Below, one piece after another: positions 51,022 to 60,188 of a DNA stretch of 64,000 bases (position 1 is the stretch's first letter; each line of letters opens with the position of its first letter). Below the pieces are notes generated by a model. The model worked only from the letters and a program-made list of their open reading frames with translations, was not told the DNA's origin and did not search any database. The position numbers were made by a program, and so were the translations under genes. This DNA is from Acidimicrobiales bacterium (GTDB lineage: Bacteria > Actinomycetota > Acidimicrobiia > Acidimicrobiales > CAIXPF01). The stretch spans positions 14,600 to 78,599 of the forward strand of contig JBJXFH010000142.1 of the NCBI GenBank assembly GCA_046155365.1, in the 5' to 3' direction.

Positions 51022-51963
51022 CTACTGCCCCATGAGCGTGGCAGCGGCCTCGTAGGGGTCCAGTTCCCGGGCGGCCACGGCGTCACGCAGTTTGGCGCCC
51101 TCGGGCGAGTCCCAGCGCTCATCGGCGCGGGCCAGCACTTCTTCCACCATCAACCGGCGCAGTTCATCATCAGCCCGACGAGCTTTGCGACGCGCGCCCT
51201 CACCGGAACGCTCCAGATACTCGGCGTGCTCGATGATGGCGTCCCACAGCTGCTCGGCGCCGTCACCACGGTCCGCCACGGTGGCCACAATGGGCGGGCG
51301 CCACTCCCCCAGCTGGGAAAGCTCCAACATCTGGTCCAGATCCCGCCGGGTGTCATTGACCCCGGGACGGTCCGCCTTGTTGATCACGAAAATGTCGGCA
51401 ATCTCCATCAGCCCGGCCTTGTTGGCCTGCACCGAGTCGCCCCAACCAGGGTTGACCACCACCACCGTGCAGTCCGCGGCCCCGGCGATCTGCACCTCGA
51501 CCTGACCCACGCCCACGGTCTCGATCAGCACCCAGGGGTAACCGACAGCATCGAGCACCCGCACCGCCCCCGGGGTGGCCAGCGCCAAACCACCGAGCTG
51601 GCCTCGGGTGGCCATGGAGCGAATGAACACGTTGGCGTCCAGCGAGTGATCACCCATCCGAACCCGGTCCCCCAAGATGGCCCCACCAGTGAAGGGAGAC
51701 GAGGGGTCAATGCACAGCACCGCCGCCGGCAGATCCAAGCTGCGCATGTGACCCACCACAGCGTTGGTCAACGTGGACTTGCCAGCGCCAGGTGCCCCGG
51801 TGATACCCACGGTGTGCGTCGAACCGGCCAGCGGAAACGCCAACCGGCCCACGGCCCGGGACGGTTCACCCCCGCGCTCCACCAATGACAGCAGCCGTGC
51901 CAGGGGGCCCCGCTCACCGGCCCGGGCGCGATCGAACAGCTCTTCAGGGTTAGCGTGACGCAC
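51022..51963 (-). CDS. meaB: methylmalonyl-CoA mutase-associated GTPase MeaB (ArgK)
   Basis: P-loop GITGAPGAGKST, VLCIDPSSPFTGGAILGDR and FVINKADR (NKxD). Confidence 0.9.
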   Translation of the reverse strand: MRHANPEELFDRARAGERGPLARLLSLVERGGEPSRAVGRLAFPLAGSTHTVGITGAPGAGKSTLTNAVVGHMRSLDLPAAVLCIDPSSPFTGGAILGDRVRMGDHSLDANVFIRSMATRGQLGGLALATPGAVRVLDAVGYPWVLIETVGVGQVEVQIAGAADCTVVVVNPGWGDSVQANKAGLMEIADIFVINKADRPGVNDTRRDLDQMLELSQLGEWRPPIVATVADRGDGAEQLWDAIIEHAEYLERSGEGARRKARRADDELRRLMVEEVLARADERWDSPEGAKLRDAVAARELDPYEAAATLMGQ

Positions 51964-51977
51964 GGGTTCCGGCCGGC

Positions 51978-52379
51978 CTAGAGGGAGACGGGGGTCTCGC
52001 GCACCGGGGGACGAGCCGGGACCGGAGCCGCAGCCGCACCGGGACGCAACGGGCTGGCCTCGGGATGACCACTCACGGTTGACGCCCCACCGCCGCCAGT
52101 TGCGGACCCGCTGGAGCTGAGCGCCCCGATATCCGCGGTGTCGAGCACCTGACCGATGTTGCGTACCTCGGTCACACCGGGCACCCGGTCCTTCATGATG
52201 CGCTCCAGGCCGGCCTTGAGCGTCTGGCTGGACGCCGGGCAGGTCACGCAGGCGCCAACCAGCTCCACGGTCACCACACCGGACGCCTCGTCCACGTCGT
52301 GCAGCACCACGTCACCATGGTCGGCCTGAATGATCGGCCGCACCACCTCGATGACCTCTTCGACCTTGCTGCGCAGCAT
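51978..52379 (-). CDS. NifU C-terminal-domain (Nfu-type) Fe-S scaffold protein
   Basis: VRPIIQADHGDVVLHDVD..VVTVELVGACVTCPASSQTL (CxxC). ATG at 52377-52379; a TTG at 52430 would add an RQS x3 repeat. Confidence 0.8.
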   Translation of the reverse strand: MLRSKVEEVIEVVRPIIQADHGDVVLHDVDEASGVVTVELVGACVTCPASSQTLKAGLERIMKDRVPGVTEVRNIGQVLDTADIGALSSSGSATGGGGASTVSGHPEASPLRPGAAAAPVPARPPVRETPVSL

Positions 52380-52391
52380 GGCTCCTGCTCG

Positions 52392-52418
52392 GGATTGCCG
52401 GGATTGCCGGGATTGCCG
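52392..52418. repeat. 9-nt tandem repeat x3 (ggattgccg) directly upstream of the nfu ATG
   Basis: Perfect copies at 52392, 52401 and 52410. Confidence 0.9.
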
Positions 52419-52567
52419 GGTGGTTCGCAACCGCCAGTCTACGCCGCCGGGGCCGTCACGCCGGGCCGGCAGGGGCGATCCACGCCGTCCCGAGGCCGAA
52501 ACGCCCGACGCAGGTCACGTTCCGCGCACGTGTGGAATGTTGCGCCGGACCGAGCAGACTAGGGGCC

Positions 52568-52861
52568 ATGTCGCCATCGCCGCTCGCCGATCTCTCCGCT
52601 GGCCTGCTGGCCCACGAGGGCGGCTGGGACGAGATCGGCCTGGTGGCGATACCGCTCCTGGTGGTGGCCGCGCTGTTGGTGATGGCCAACCGCCGAGCCA
52701 AGCGGGTGCTGGCCCAGCGGCAGACCGAGCTCAGCGAGACACCGCAGACGGAATCGGCCGCCGGCGACCCGGACCCGGACCCGGACCCGGACTCGGACCC
52801 GCTCAGCGCACCGCAACCGTCCGAACCGAGGACCACGCCCCCGGCGTCCCGCTCGAACTGA
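52568..52861 (+). CDS. hypothetical small single-pass membrane protein
   Basis: One TM helix (IGLVAIPLLVVAALLVMA) followed by RRAKR, then a DP-repeat tail encoded by a gacccg hexamer repeat (52766-52801). Overlaps the 3-prime end of the convergent gene by 59 nt, so it may be spurious. Confidence 0.4.
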   Translation: MSPSPLADLSAGLLAHEGGWDEIGLVAIPLLVVAALLVMANRRAKRVLAQRQTELSETPQTESAAGDPDPDPDPDSDPLSAPQPSEPRTTPPASRSN

Positions 52862-54335
52862 GCGCCCGCACCCGCCACCAGAACGACCCGACCGGCAGCG
52901 TGGTGGTCTGGTACTGGTTCGAGCCCACCACGTTCTGCTGCAGCACGAACGGCGCAGCGAACGTGCTGGAGTTATCCACCTGCAACTCGTAGGACGCGGC
53001 TCCGGTAACCGCGCTCCACATGAAGGCCACCGTGCTGCCCGCGGTGACGCTGGTGCCGTTGGCGGGGAACATCAGGCTCGGGGTGCCTAACGGTGAACTG
53101 GAGGCGCTGATGATCACCGACCTGGACCCCGACCATGGTCCGGGGTTGCCGTACTGATCGCGGGCCTGGACCCGCCAGTACCTCGTGCCCGAGGACAACA
53201 CCGAGGTCGTGTAGGAACTGGCGGTCCCTTGATCGAGGTCCACCAGCGGTGGGTCACTGAACGCCGGCGAGTCATCGATCTGGATCCGGTATTGGAAGGA
53301 CCCGTTGAGCCCGGCCCAATCGAACAGGATGGACGCGCCGCTGGCCACGGTGGCACCGTCGTTGGGCGTCAGCAGCGTGGGCGCGGGATGCAGGTTGAAC
53401 GTGGTGGTGGCTGACGTGCCGTTGTAGGTAGCGGTGAGACTGACCGCCGTCTCGACCGTGACCGGGCTGGTGCCGAGCGTGAACGCCACCTGTTGCGAAC
53501 CGGCGGGGGCGCTCAGGGTGGCCGGGAAGCTCAAAAGGGGCGAACTCGAGGACAGGCTCACCAGTGCACCGCCGCTGGGGGCGACCCCATGGAACACCGC
53601 GCTGGTCACGATCGAGTTCCCACCGAAGAGGTTCTGCACCCCGATGCCGGTGCCCACATCAACTCGCTTCATGGCGGTGGGCAGCACGGAGATCTGCGCG
53701 CTGGCGGAGGAACCGGGGAGCGACCCGGTGACGGTGGCCACCACCGGGCTGAGGACCTCGTTGGAAATGATGGCGAACACTGCTGCGGTCTCACCCTGGC
53801 CTATCACGGCGGAAGCCGGGGACAGCACAATCGCCGGGGAGTCGGTGCTGAACGTCACCACCACACCCCCCGCCGGTGCCGGTCCGTTGAGATCCACCCG
53901 ACCACGCACCAGCAGGTCGATCACCCCGTTTCCGCTGTAGGTGCGATCCAGCGCCGGGTAGAGCGGTCCGTGGTAATAAAAGGTCACCTGGGACACCGCC
54001 AGCGGCGCCGGGGGTGGTGGCGGCGGAGTAGGGGTGCAGCCCGTCAGATTCACCGAAACCGACGTGGTGCCGTCGAACACCCTGGCGACGCAGGTCGGTG
54101 AGGAAAACCCACTGGCCGACACCCGGAAACGGCCGTCCGAGCTCGCCCGGGCCGACGCGATGCCCGCACCTCCGTCCACCCGCACCGTACTGCTGGGTAC
54201 GGCACCACGGCCTTCGACCCGAAGACTGCCCGTGATCAACTCGGCTCGGCTGGTGGACACCGCGGCACCCGCCACCCCCGCAGGCAACAGCGCCAACAGC
54301 AACGCCCCGACCGCCAGCAGCAACATTCTTCGCAT
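52803..54335 (-). CDS. secreted multi-domain protein (Ig/FN3-like repeats), function unknown
   Basis: ATG at 54333-54335 gives the signal peptide MRRMLLLAVGALLLALLPAGVAGA. A Pro-rich linker is followed by beta-rich domains. The last ~180 aa are two tandem ~90-aa repeats with the pattern PxxGxxVxxGxxxxFxW...YxxQ(I/V)D.S..F...WRVxA...GxPGxWS. Confidence 0.75.
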   Translation of the reverse strand: MRRMLLLAVGALLLALLPAGVAGAAVSTSRAELITGSLRVEGRGAVPSSTVRVDGGAGIASARASSDGRFRVSASGFSSPTCVARVFDGTTSVSVNLTGCTPTPPPPPPAPLAVSQVTFYYHGPLYPALDRTYSGNGVIDLLVRGRVDLNGPAPAGGVVVTFSTDSPAIVLSPASAVIGQGETAAVFAIISNEVLSPVVATVTGSLPGSSASAQISVLPTAMKRVDVGTGIGVQNLFGGNSIVTSAVFHGVAPSGGALVSLSSSSPLLSFPATLSAPAGSQQVAFTLGTSPVTVETAVSLTATYNGTSATTTFNLHPAPTLLTPNDGATVASGASILFDWAGLNGSFQYRIQIDDSPAFSDPPLVDLDQGTASSYTTSVLSSGTRYWRVQARDQYGNPGPWSGSRSVIISASSSPLGTPSLMFPANGTSVTAGSTVAFMWSAVTGAASYELQVDNSSTFAAPFVLQQNVVGSNQYQTTTLPVGSFWWRVRALSSSGTPGAWSSVRTVAVR

Positions 54336-54377
54336 ACGCACCCCCAGGTTGTGGCTGCGGCCGAACGTACCAACCAT

Positions 54378-54393
54378 TTCGTTGCGCAACGAA
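54378..54393. promoter_or_regulatory. perfect 16-bp palindrome TTCGTTGCGCAACGAA upstream of the secreted-protein gene
   Basis: Self-complementary 16-mer 43-58 nt upstream of the ATG at 54335, in the murA-downstream spacer. Candidate operator for a dimeric regulator or an RNA hairpin. Confidence 0.35.
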
Positions 54394-54527
54394 CAACTCA
54401 GACCGGCGCCACCCTGGCCAACCACACAGGTTGGTGCTCAGGGGTTCATTTGCTGGTGGGGCCGACGACCGTACGCGCTGTCGCCGGGACTATCAGCGTT
54501 CAACGTCAGAGGAGCAAACCCTGGCCG

Positions 54528-55787
54528 TCACTTGCGTTCGACGTCCGCGCCCAGGCCCTGCAGCTTCTCCACGAAGCGTTCGTAACCCCGGTCGATGTGG
54601 TCGGCGTCGGTGACCACGGTTTCGCCCTGGGCCCGCAATCCGGCCACCACCAAGGCCGCCCCGGCCCGGATGTCATGAGCCCGCACCGGTGCCCCCGACA
54701 GCCACGGCCGGCCCCGGACCACGGCGTGATGCCCGTCAGTGCGCACGTCGGCACCCATTCGGACCAGCTCATCCACGTACCGGAAGCGGCCGGAGAAGAT
54801 GTTCTCGGTCACGATGGACACCCCGTCGGCCACCGACAACATGGCCACCAGCAACGGCTTGTAGTCCGTGGCCAGACCGGGGTAGGGCAGGGTCGACACG
54901 TCCACCGCCTGCAACCGCCCTGGGGCCGCCACCGTCAATCCCTCGGGGCCGCTGGTGATCTGGAGGCCCAGTTGGCCCAGCTTGTGCAGCAGCATCTGCA
55001 TGTGGTCCTGCCGAGCGTGGCGGACCAGCACCTTTCCGCCGGCCACGCCCACCACGGCCAGGAACGTTGCCGCCTCGATGCGGTCCGGGATCAAGGTGTG
55101 GGACGCGGCGTGCAGCTCCGCCACCCCGTCCACCTCAATGGTGGAGCTGCCGGCGCCGCGGATCACCGCCCCCATTTGGCCCAGGAACGTCACCAGGTCC
55201 ACGATCTCGGGTTCCCGGGCGGCGTTGTCGATCACCGTGGTGCCCTCAGCCAGCACCGCCGCCATCAGGGCGTTCTCGGTGGCGCCGACGGAGGGGAAGT
55301 CCAACAAGATGGGCGCGCCCCGCAATCGACCCCCGCCGGGGACCCGGGCCTCGATGAAGCCGTGGGCCAACTCGATGGTGGCGCCCAGGGTCTCCAACGC
55401 CCGCAGGTGCATATCGATGGGGCGGGACCCGAAGTCATCCCCGCCCGGTAGTGACACCCGGGCCCGGCCGAAGCGCGCCACCAGCGGGCCCAGCACCACA
55501 ATGGAGGCCCGCATCTTCTCCACCAGTTCGTAGGGCGCCTCGGGCAGCACGTCGGGCGGGCTGTCCACCACCAGCTCACCCGGCCCGGGACGGCTGGTGC
55601 GCAACCCCATAGCGGCCAGCAGCTCGCTCATCCAGGTCACGTCGGCGATGTCCGGCACGTTGGACAGGTGGTAGCGACCCGACGCCAGCACGGTGGCCGC
55701 CAACACCTTGAGCACGCTGTTCTTGGCGCCGCTGACGCTGACCTCGCCGCTGAGGGCCGCGCCGGGGCGCACCACGATGACCGACAT
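54528..55787 (-). CDS. murA: UDP-N-acetylglucosamine 1-carboxyvinyltransferase
   Basis: 419 aa. [21 protein letters not shown] (Asp replaces the fosfomycin-target Cys, as in many actinobacteria) and [13 protein letters not shown]. Confidence 0.96.
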   Translation of the reverse strand: MSVIVVRPGAALSGEVSVSGAKNSVLKVLAATVLASGRYHLSNVPDIADVTWMSELLAAMGLRTSRPGPGELVVDSPPDVLPEAPYELVEKMRASIVVLGPLVARFGRARVSLPGGDDFGSRPIDMHLRALETLGATIELAHGFIEARVPGGGRLRGAPILLDFPSVGATENALMAAVLAEGTTVIDNAAREPEIVDLVTFLGQMGAVIRGAGSSTIEVDGVAELHAASHTLIPDRIEAATFLAVVGVAGGKVLVRHARQDHMQMLLHKLGQLGLQITSGPEGLTVAAPGRLQAVDVSTLPYPGLATDYKPLLVAMLSVADGVSIVTENIFSGRFRYVDELVRMGADVRTDGHHAVVRGRPWLSGAPVRAHDIRAGAALVVAGLRAQGETVVTDADHIDRGYERFVEKLQGLGADVERK

Positions 55788-55894
55788 CGTCCGAAAGTAT
55801 GCTCGCTCCGGCTGCGTTGACCGACGATCCGCTGATCCGACGATCCGCCGGCCCGCCGAACCAACCGAATCGGCCAGGGCCCGCTCGTTCCCGC

Positions 55895-57430
55895 ATGTCG
55901 CACTTCACCCGCACCCACCTCCTCGACGCCACCGGCGTGGCCGTGTTGTGCACGCCGCGCGACGGGCTGGTGAAAGAGCGCCCTGCGGGGTCCGATCAGG
56001 CCGTGGAAGCCGGTTCCCGGTTGGACTTCGAGCTCGATCAGGGCCCCTGCCGTTCCTATCGGCGTTCGGTGGCGATCAGCCCCACGATGGAGGCGGACGG
56101 CCGTTACCGGGCCCGCGAGGACGTGACGTTCGATCTGGCCATCCCGTTGTGGGGGTGGCTGGTACGGCCGCTGTTCGCCTTTGAGCTGCGGCGCCGGGGC
56201 GCACGATCGGGCCAGCCGTGGTGGGCGCCGCCGCAACGCCTGGACCCCACCCAGGCCTCCACGCTGGCCCGGCTGACCGTGCTGGCCATCTGCAGCGGGT
56301 ACATCGGCACGCTGCTGAGCCAGCTCACCACGTTCGCCGGGCGGGAGTTCGGGGCCGGTCCCGCGGCGCAGGGCACGGCGCAGGCCGCCACCCGAATCGG
56401 CATCCTGGTGGTGCTGGTGGCCACGGTGGTGGCGGATCGGGTGGGCCGACGCCGCATGCTGCTGGTGGCGTTGGTCGGCGCCTGCGTGGTCAGCTCCCTC
56501 ACCGGCCTCTCCCGAGGGATGGTGAGCTTTGCCGCCGTCCAGGTGCTGGCCCGGGGTCTGACCACCGGGGCGGACGTGCTGCGGGCGGTGTTCCTGGCCG
56601 AGGAGATGCCGGCGGGATCTCGGGCCTATGCCATCAGCCTGTCCGCCATGTGCGCGGGGATGGGGGCCGGCATGGTGGTGTGGCTGCTACCCATCGCCGA
56701 CACCGATCAGCGGGCCTGGCGGTTGCTCTTCGGCGGCGCGATCTGTTTCGCCCCGCTGGCGGCGTGGGCCGGGCGGGGTCTGCCCGAAAGCGGGCGGTTC
56801 TTGCGCCACCGCGCCGACGCGCAACCCGCCAAGCTCAACCAGCATCGGGGACGGCTGGCGCTGTTGGCCGGTTCGGCCGCCCTGACCACGTTGTTCGCCG
56901 CCCCGGCGTCACAGTTGCAGAACGAGTACCTGCGGGGCGAACGGGGCTTTTCGGCCGGCTCGATCACCGTGTTCACCCTGCTCACGTCCACCCCGGCCGG
57001 GCTGGCGGTGTTCTTCGGCGGCCGCCTGGCTGACGTCTACGGGCGTCGGGCCATCGGCGCGTTAGGGCTGGTGGGGGCGGCGGTGGGGGTGTGGCTGAGC
57101 TACGCCTTCGATGGGGTCGTGCTGTGGAGTGGGGCGGTCATCGGCACCCTGTTCGGTGGGCTGGTGGTGCCCACCCTGGTGGTCTACGGCCCCGAGCTGT
57201 TCCCCACCCGGTTACGGGGTCGGGCCAACGGGCTGATCACCCTGGCCGCAGTGTGCGGGTCAGTGGTGGGCCTGCTCAGCGTGGGTCGCCTGGCCGAGCG
57301 GTTCGACGCCTTCGGTCCGGCCATGGCCGTGGTGGCGGCAGGCCCGGTGGTGGTGGCGGTGCTGGTGCTCACCCGTTACCCCGAGACCGCCCGACGGGAA
57401 CTGGAAGAGCTCAACCCCGGGGACGCCTGA
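55895..57430 (+). CDS. MFS transporter with a ~100-aa non-membrane N-terminal region
   Basis: 12 TM-type segments from about 56270, with DRVGRRRML (motif A). The N-terminal soluble part is unassigned. Alternative ATG at 55799. Confidence 0.78.
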   Translation: MSHFTRTHLLDATGVAVLCTPRDGLVKERPAGSDQAVEAGSRLDFELDQGPCRSYRRSVAISPTMEADGRYRAREDVTFDLAIPLWGWLVRPLFAFELRRRGARSGQPWWAPPQRLDPTQASTLARLTVLAICSGYIGTLLSQLTTFAGREFGAGPAAQGTAQAATRIGILVVLVATVVADRVGRRRMLLVALVGACVVSSLTGLSRGMVSFAAVQVLARGLTTGADVLRAVFLAEEMPAGSRAYAISLSAMCAGMGAGMVVWLLPIADTDQRAWRLLFGGAICFAPLAAWAGRGLPESGRFLRHRADAQPAKLNQHRGRLALLAGSAALTTLFAAPASQLQNEYLRGERGFSAGSITVFTLLTSTPAGLAVFFGGRLADVYGRRAIGALGLVGAAVGVWLSYAFDGVVLWSGAVIGTLFGGLVVPTLVVYGPELFPTRLRGRANGLITLAAVCGSVVGLLSVGRLAERFDAFGPAMAVVAAGPVVVAVLVLTRYPETARRELEELNPGDA

Positions 57431-57442
57431 GCACCCGGTCCT

Positions 57443-58042
57443 TCAGCTGGTGGGACCGGCCAGCCACTCCGTCACCGTGGCGCACAGCTGAGGGTCGTGG
57501 CGGTCCAGCTCGTGGCGGCCGCCGTCGATGAACCGGGTGGTCACCGGCCCCCTGATCAGCGCCGTTGCCGCCAGCAGTTCGTCGGGGGTGGCGAAGGTGT
57601 CCCGGGTGCCGGAGATGAACAGGCACGGCACGCTGAGCTGGGGAAGGTGGGCGGTGCGCAGCTGCTGGGGTTTGCGGGGCGGATGCAGCGGATAGCTGAC
57701 CAGCACCAAACCAGCCGCACCCAGGCCATCGGCCACCGCCATGGAACACATCCGCCCGCCCATCGAACGGCCCAGTAGCAGCACCTCAGTGGCATCACAG
57801 CCCGCCCGGTCACAGAGGGCAGCCACCGCGTCCCTGATGGTGGCGATCAGCACCGGGGCCCGATCGGGAAAGGGCCGCCCGGCGATGCGGTAGGGGAAGT
57901 CGATCCGCTCCGTCGGTAGCGGCGACAACGCCCCGGCCAACGCCACCAACGAATGGTGCTCACGGCTGCTGCCCGCACCAGGGGTCAGCAGCACCGCCCG
58001 CACGCCCGAGCCAATCGATGAGCTCCGATCCGGCCCGGTCAC
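57443..58042 (-). CDS. alpha/beta-fold hydrolase (COG3571/dienelactone-hydrolase-like)
   Basis: 199 aa. Nucleophile elbow GRSMGG, later FISGTRD, and a C-terminal His. Confidence 0.78.
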   Translation of the reverse strand: MTGPDRSSSIGSGVRAVLLTPGAGSSREHHSLVALAGALSPLPTERIDFPYRIAGRPFPDRAPVLIATIRDAVAALCDRAGCDATEVLLLGRSMGGRMCSMAVADGLGAAGLVLVSYPLHPPRKPQQLRTAHLPQLSVPCLFISGTRDTFATPDELLAATALIRGPVTTRFIDGGRHELDRHDPQLCATVTEWLAGPTS

Positions 58043-58048
58043 CGGCGC

Positions 58049-58768
58049 TCAGGAGCCCAGCAGGATGCGGCGGGCCTCACCCAGCTCGGCGATGCGGTCC
58101 GCGGCGTCGGCCTCATCTCCGCCGTGGTCGGGGTGGGCGTTGCGGAGGGCTTCCCGAAAGCGCCGCCGAACGTCCCGATGGGCAGGATCGGTGCCGGCCT
58201 CGAACCCCAGCACCGACAGCGCCCATTCGGTGGGGTCGCTGCCCACCGCGGTCCAGCCGCGGGGCGCCCCTCCTCCACCGGTCATGGCGGTCACGAACAC
58301 CGCGTCCAGCGGACCCCGCCACCGCATGGCCTTGCGCAGGGTGGCGAACACCGTTCCCTGACAACCCTCGGGCAGGTTGGCGGCGGCGTACATGGCGCCC
58401 AGGGTGTGCACCAGCGGCGACCCCCGCCCAACCGACAGCACGAAACGCGGCCCGTCCACATCAGCCTCGAGCCGATGATGGGACTTCAACAACCCCACCC
58501 GATCGCTCTGCAGGCGATGGCGGACCCGGGGTTGCACAATGCGCAGCCCTGCCTCGAGCTGCGCCATCAACAACAGGGCATCGCCGCGGTCCTCTTCACC
58601 CAGCTCGTGGGCGAAATGCGCCACCAGCCCGGCCAAAAGCAACCCACCCGGCCCCGGCGCCGGCTGGCAGGGCAAGTACTGCAGTCCCAGCGCCAGCCGG
58701 CGGGTGGGGGCGATGGGTCGGGAGTGGTACAGCTCGAAATCGGCCAAGCCGAACGCCGAGGTGTCCAT
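58049..58768 (-). CDS. J-domain protein with an uncharacterised ~170-aa N-terminal domain
   Basis: The C-terminal ~60 aa, LSVLGFEAGTDPAHRDVRRRFREALRNAHPDHGGDEADAADRIAELGEARRILL, fit the J-domain pattern including HPD. No Gly/Phe or zinc-finger regions. Confidence 0.62.
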   Translation of the reverse strand: MDTSAFGLADFELYHSRPIAPTRRLALGLQYLPCQPAPGPGGLLLAGLVAHFAHELGEEDRGDALLLMAQLEAGLRIVQPRVRHRLQSDRVGLLKSHHRLEADVDGPRFVLSVGRGSPLVHTLGAMYAAANLPEGCQGTVFATLRKAMRWRGPLDAVFVTAMTGGGGAPRGWTAVGSDPTEWALSVLGFEAGTDPAHRDVRRRFREALRNAHPDHGGDEADAADRIAELGEARRILLGS

Positions 58769-58815
58769 GGCGCTTCAGTCGCTGCGGGCCGCGCCGAGGC
58801 GGGCGAAGCCGGTGC

Positions 58816-59850
58816 TCAAAGAATCCGCCTCAACCGGTCACGCAAGCTGGTGGATACCGCCCGGATGGCGTCGTCGCCGTACAACATCGCCTCGTCGTCG
58901 TCGTCACCGTCCCCGGCCTCATCGTCGTCTGCGTCATCGTCGTCTGCGTCATCGTCGTGCTGGTCGATGGTGGCCTCATCGACCGCGGCGGCCTCGGTTG
59001 CGTCCTGGACCACCTCGTCTTCCGCAGTGGCGTCATCGTCGTCGGCCTCGTGAAGGATGCGGGCGGGGACACCGGCGTCGTCCGCGTCCTGATCGGCGCC
59101 GTGCTCGATGAGACGGCGCAAGGCCCGGGCATCGGCCACGATGGCGTCCCAGGTGTCGGGCTGGATGCCGTAGGGAACGGCCAGGGTTTCCACTTCCTGG
59201 ATGGAACCGTGCGCCGACAGGATGGCGTTGGTGTCATCCTGATCGCTCTCCAGCCGATCTGCGGCCATGAACAACCTGGTGAGCAGTTCGTTCAGCGCCT
59301 CGCCCTCCAGCTGCACCCCGGCGTCGGGGCCGCGTAACTCCAGGCGCTCGAACAGCTCGTCCACCAGCGCCTCGTCGGTCTCGTAGACCAGCAGCTCATC
59401 CTCGTCCGTCCACTCGTACAGCAGGCCGGCACCGTCCAAGGCCGAGCGCAGCTGCTCCAGCTCGAAATCGGGCCAACCGGCGAGGTCATACGCCGTTCGG
59501 TCGGCTTCTTCGTCCAACCGGGGCAGGGAGGCAGCCACCACCTCATCAAGCAGGCCGGCGGCGTCATCACGCTGCGCCGCCGGCACCACCAGCAGGTTGC
59601 CCTCCCAGCTGTGCTCGAGCCCGTCCTCCTCGAACAGCGCCCGGGTCATGACCAGCGCCTCCTCCGGCCAACTCTCCAGGTCGAACACCCGCTCGTCGCC
59701 ACGGGGGGCCCACCAGTACACGAGCTCGGCCTGGTGCGCCGATCCCTCCGAGGTCTCTGACATGCCCTCCGTTCTAGCAGCGCGACCATCAGCGCCCGAG
59801 CCCATGCCCGTGTCCCCCGCCCCCGGCCAGACCTCCTCCGTCGACCCCAT
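58816..59850 (-). CDS. hyper-acidic hypothetical protein
   Basis: ATG at 59848-59850 with GGAGG 5 nt upstream (alternative ATG at 59763). Folded-looking N-terminal two thirds, then an Asp-rich tail encoded partly by a 15-nt repeat (58919-58963). The listed ORF start at 60099 merely translates the intergenic repeats (SGDEMRV x3). Confidence 0.6.
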   Translation of the reverse strand: MGSTEEVWPGAGDTGMGSGADGRAARTEGMSETSEGSAHQAELVYWWAPRGDERVFDLESWPEEALVMTRALFEEDGLEHSWEGNLLVVPAAQRDDAAGLLDEVVAASLPRLDEEADRTAYDLAGWPDFELEQLRSALDGAGLLYEWTDEDELLVYETDEALVDELFERLELRGPDAGVQLEGEALNELLTRLFMAADRLESDQDDTNAILSAHGSIQEVETLAVPYGIQPDTWDAIVADARALRRLIEHGADQDADDAGVPARILHEADDDDATAEDEVVQDATEAAAVDEATIDQHDDDADDDDADDDEAGDGDDDDEAMLYGDDAIRAVSTSLRDRLRRIL

Positions 59851-59857
59851 CTGTTCC

Positions 59858-60059
59858 TCCGGTGACGAAATGCCACCTGACTTCTCCCGACACCCGCGGC
59901 GTCTTTCCCCCGGGCCGCATTTCGTCACCGGACAAACACCCACCCACCGCCAGACCCGCATTTCGTCACCCGACCAAGACCGCCCCTCGCCCACCCGCAT
60001 TTCGTCACCGGACAAACACCAACCGTGTCGGACCCGCATTTCGTCACCGGAGAAACCCA
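59858..60059. repeat. interspersed repeat array: four direct copies and one inverted copy of CCGCATTTCGTCACCGGA(C/G)AAAC
   Basis: Direct copies start at 59915, 59956, 59995 and 60034 (periods 41, 39, 39). Inverted copy at 59858-59874. Lies in the divergent region between the acidic-protein gene and glpX. Confidence 0.85.
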
Positions 60060-60188
60060 AAAGGGGTCCAGCCAACCCGTACTGCGCCGTGACGAGCACC
60101 GAGTGTGTTCACTTCAGCGCAGGCGGCCACCCGTCGTATGGTCGGCTCATCGACGGTTGGCAGTTCCCGCCCGTTATCCTCACCCGCC

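Noticed and set aside
54336-54527. Expectation of an rRNA operon or tRNA downstream of murA (mycobacterial synteny); general scan for tRNA T-arm-like GTTCGAATC strings
   Set aside because: No rRNA-like or tRNA-like sequence was seen here or elsewhere in the window. The spacer holds only a palindrome and a small hairpin.
59915-60059. Possible mini-CRISPR array
   Set aside because: The repeat is about 26 nt with only 13-15 nt between copies. An inverted copy is present, the copies are degenerate at their 3-prime ends, and no cas genes are in the window.
58816-60099. Full 427-aa ORF with an SGDEMRV x3 N-terminus
   Set aside because: The repeated peptide is simply the translation of the intergenic DNA repeats. 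A strong SD plus ATG at 59850 gives a more plausible start.
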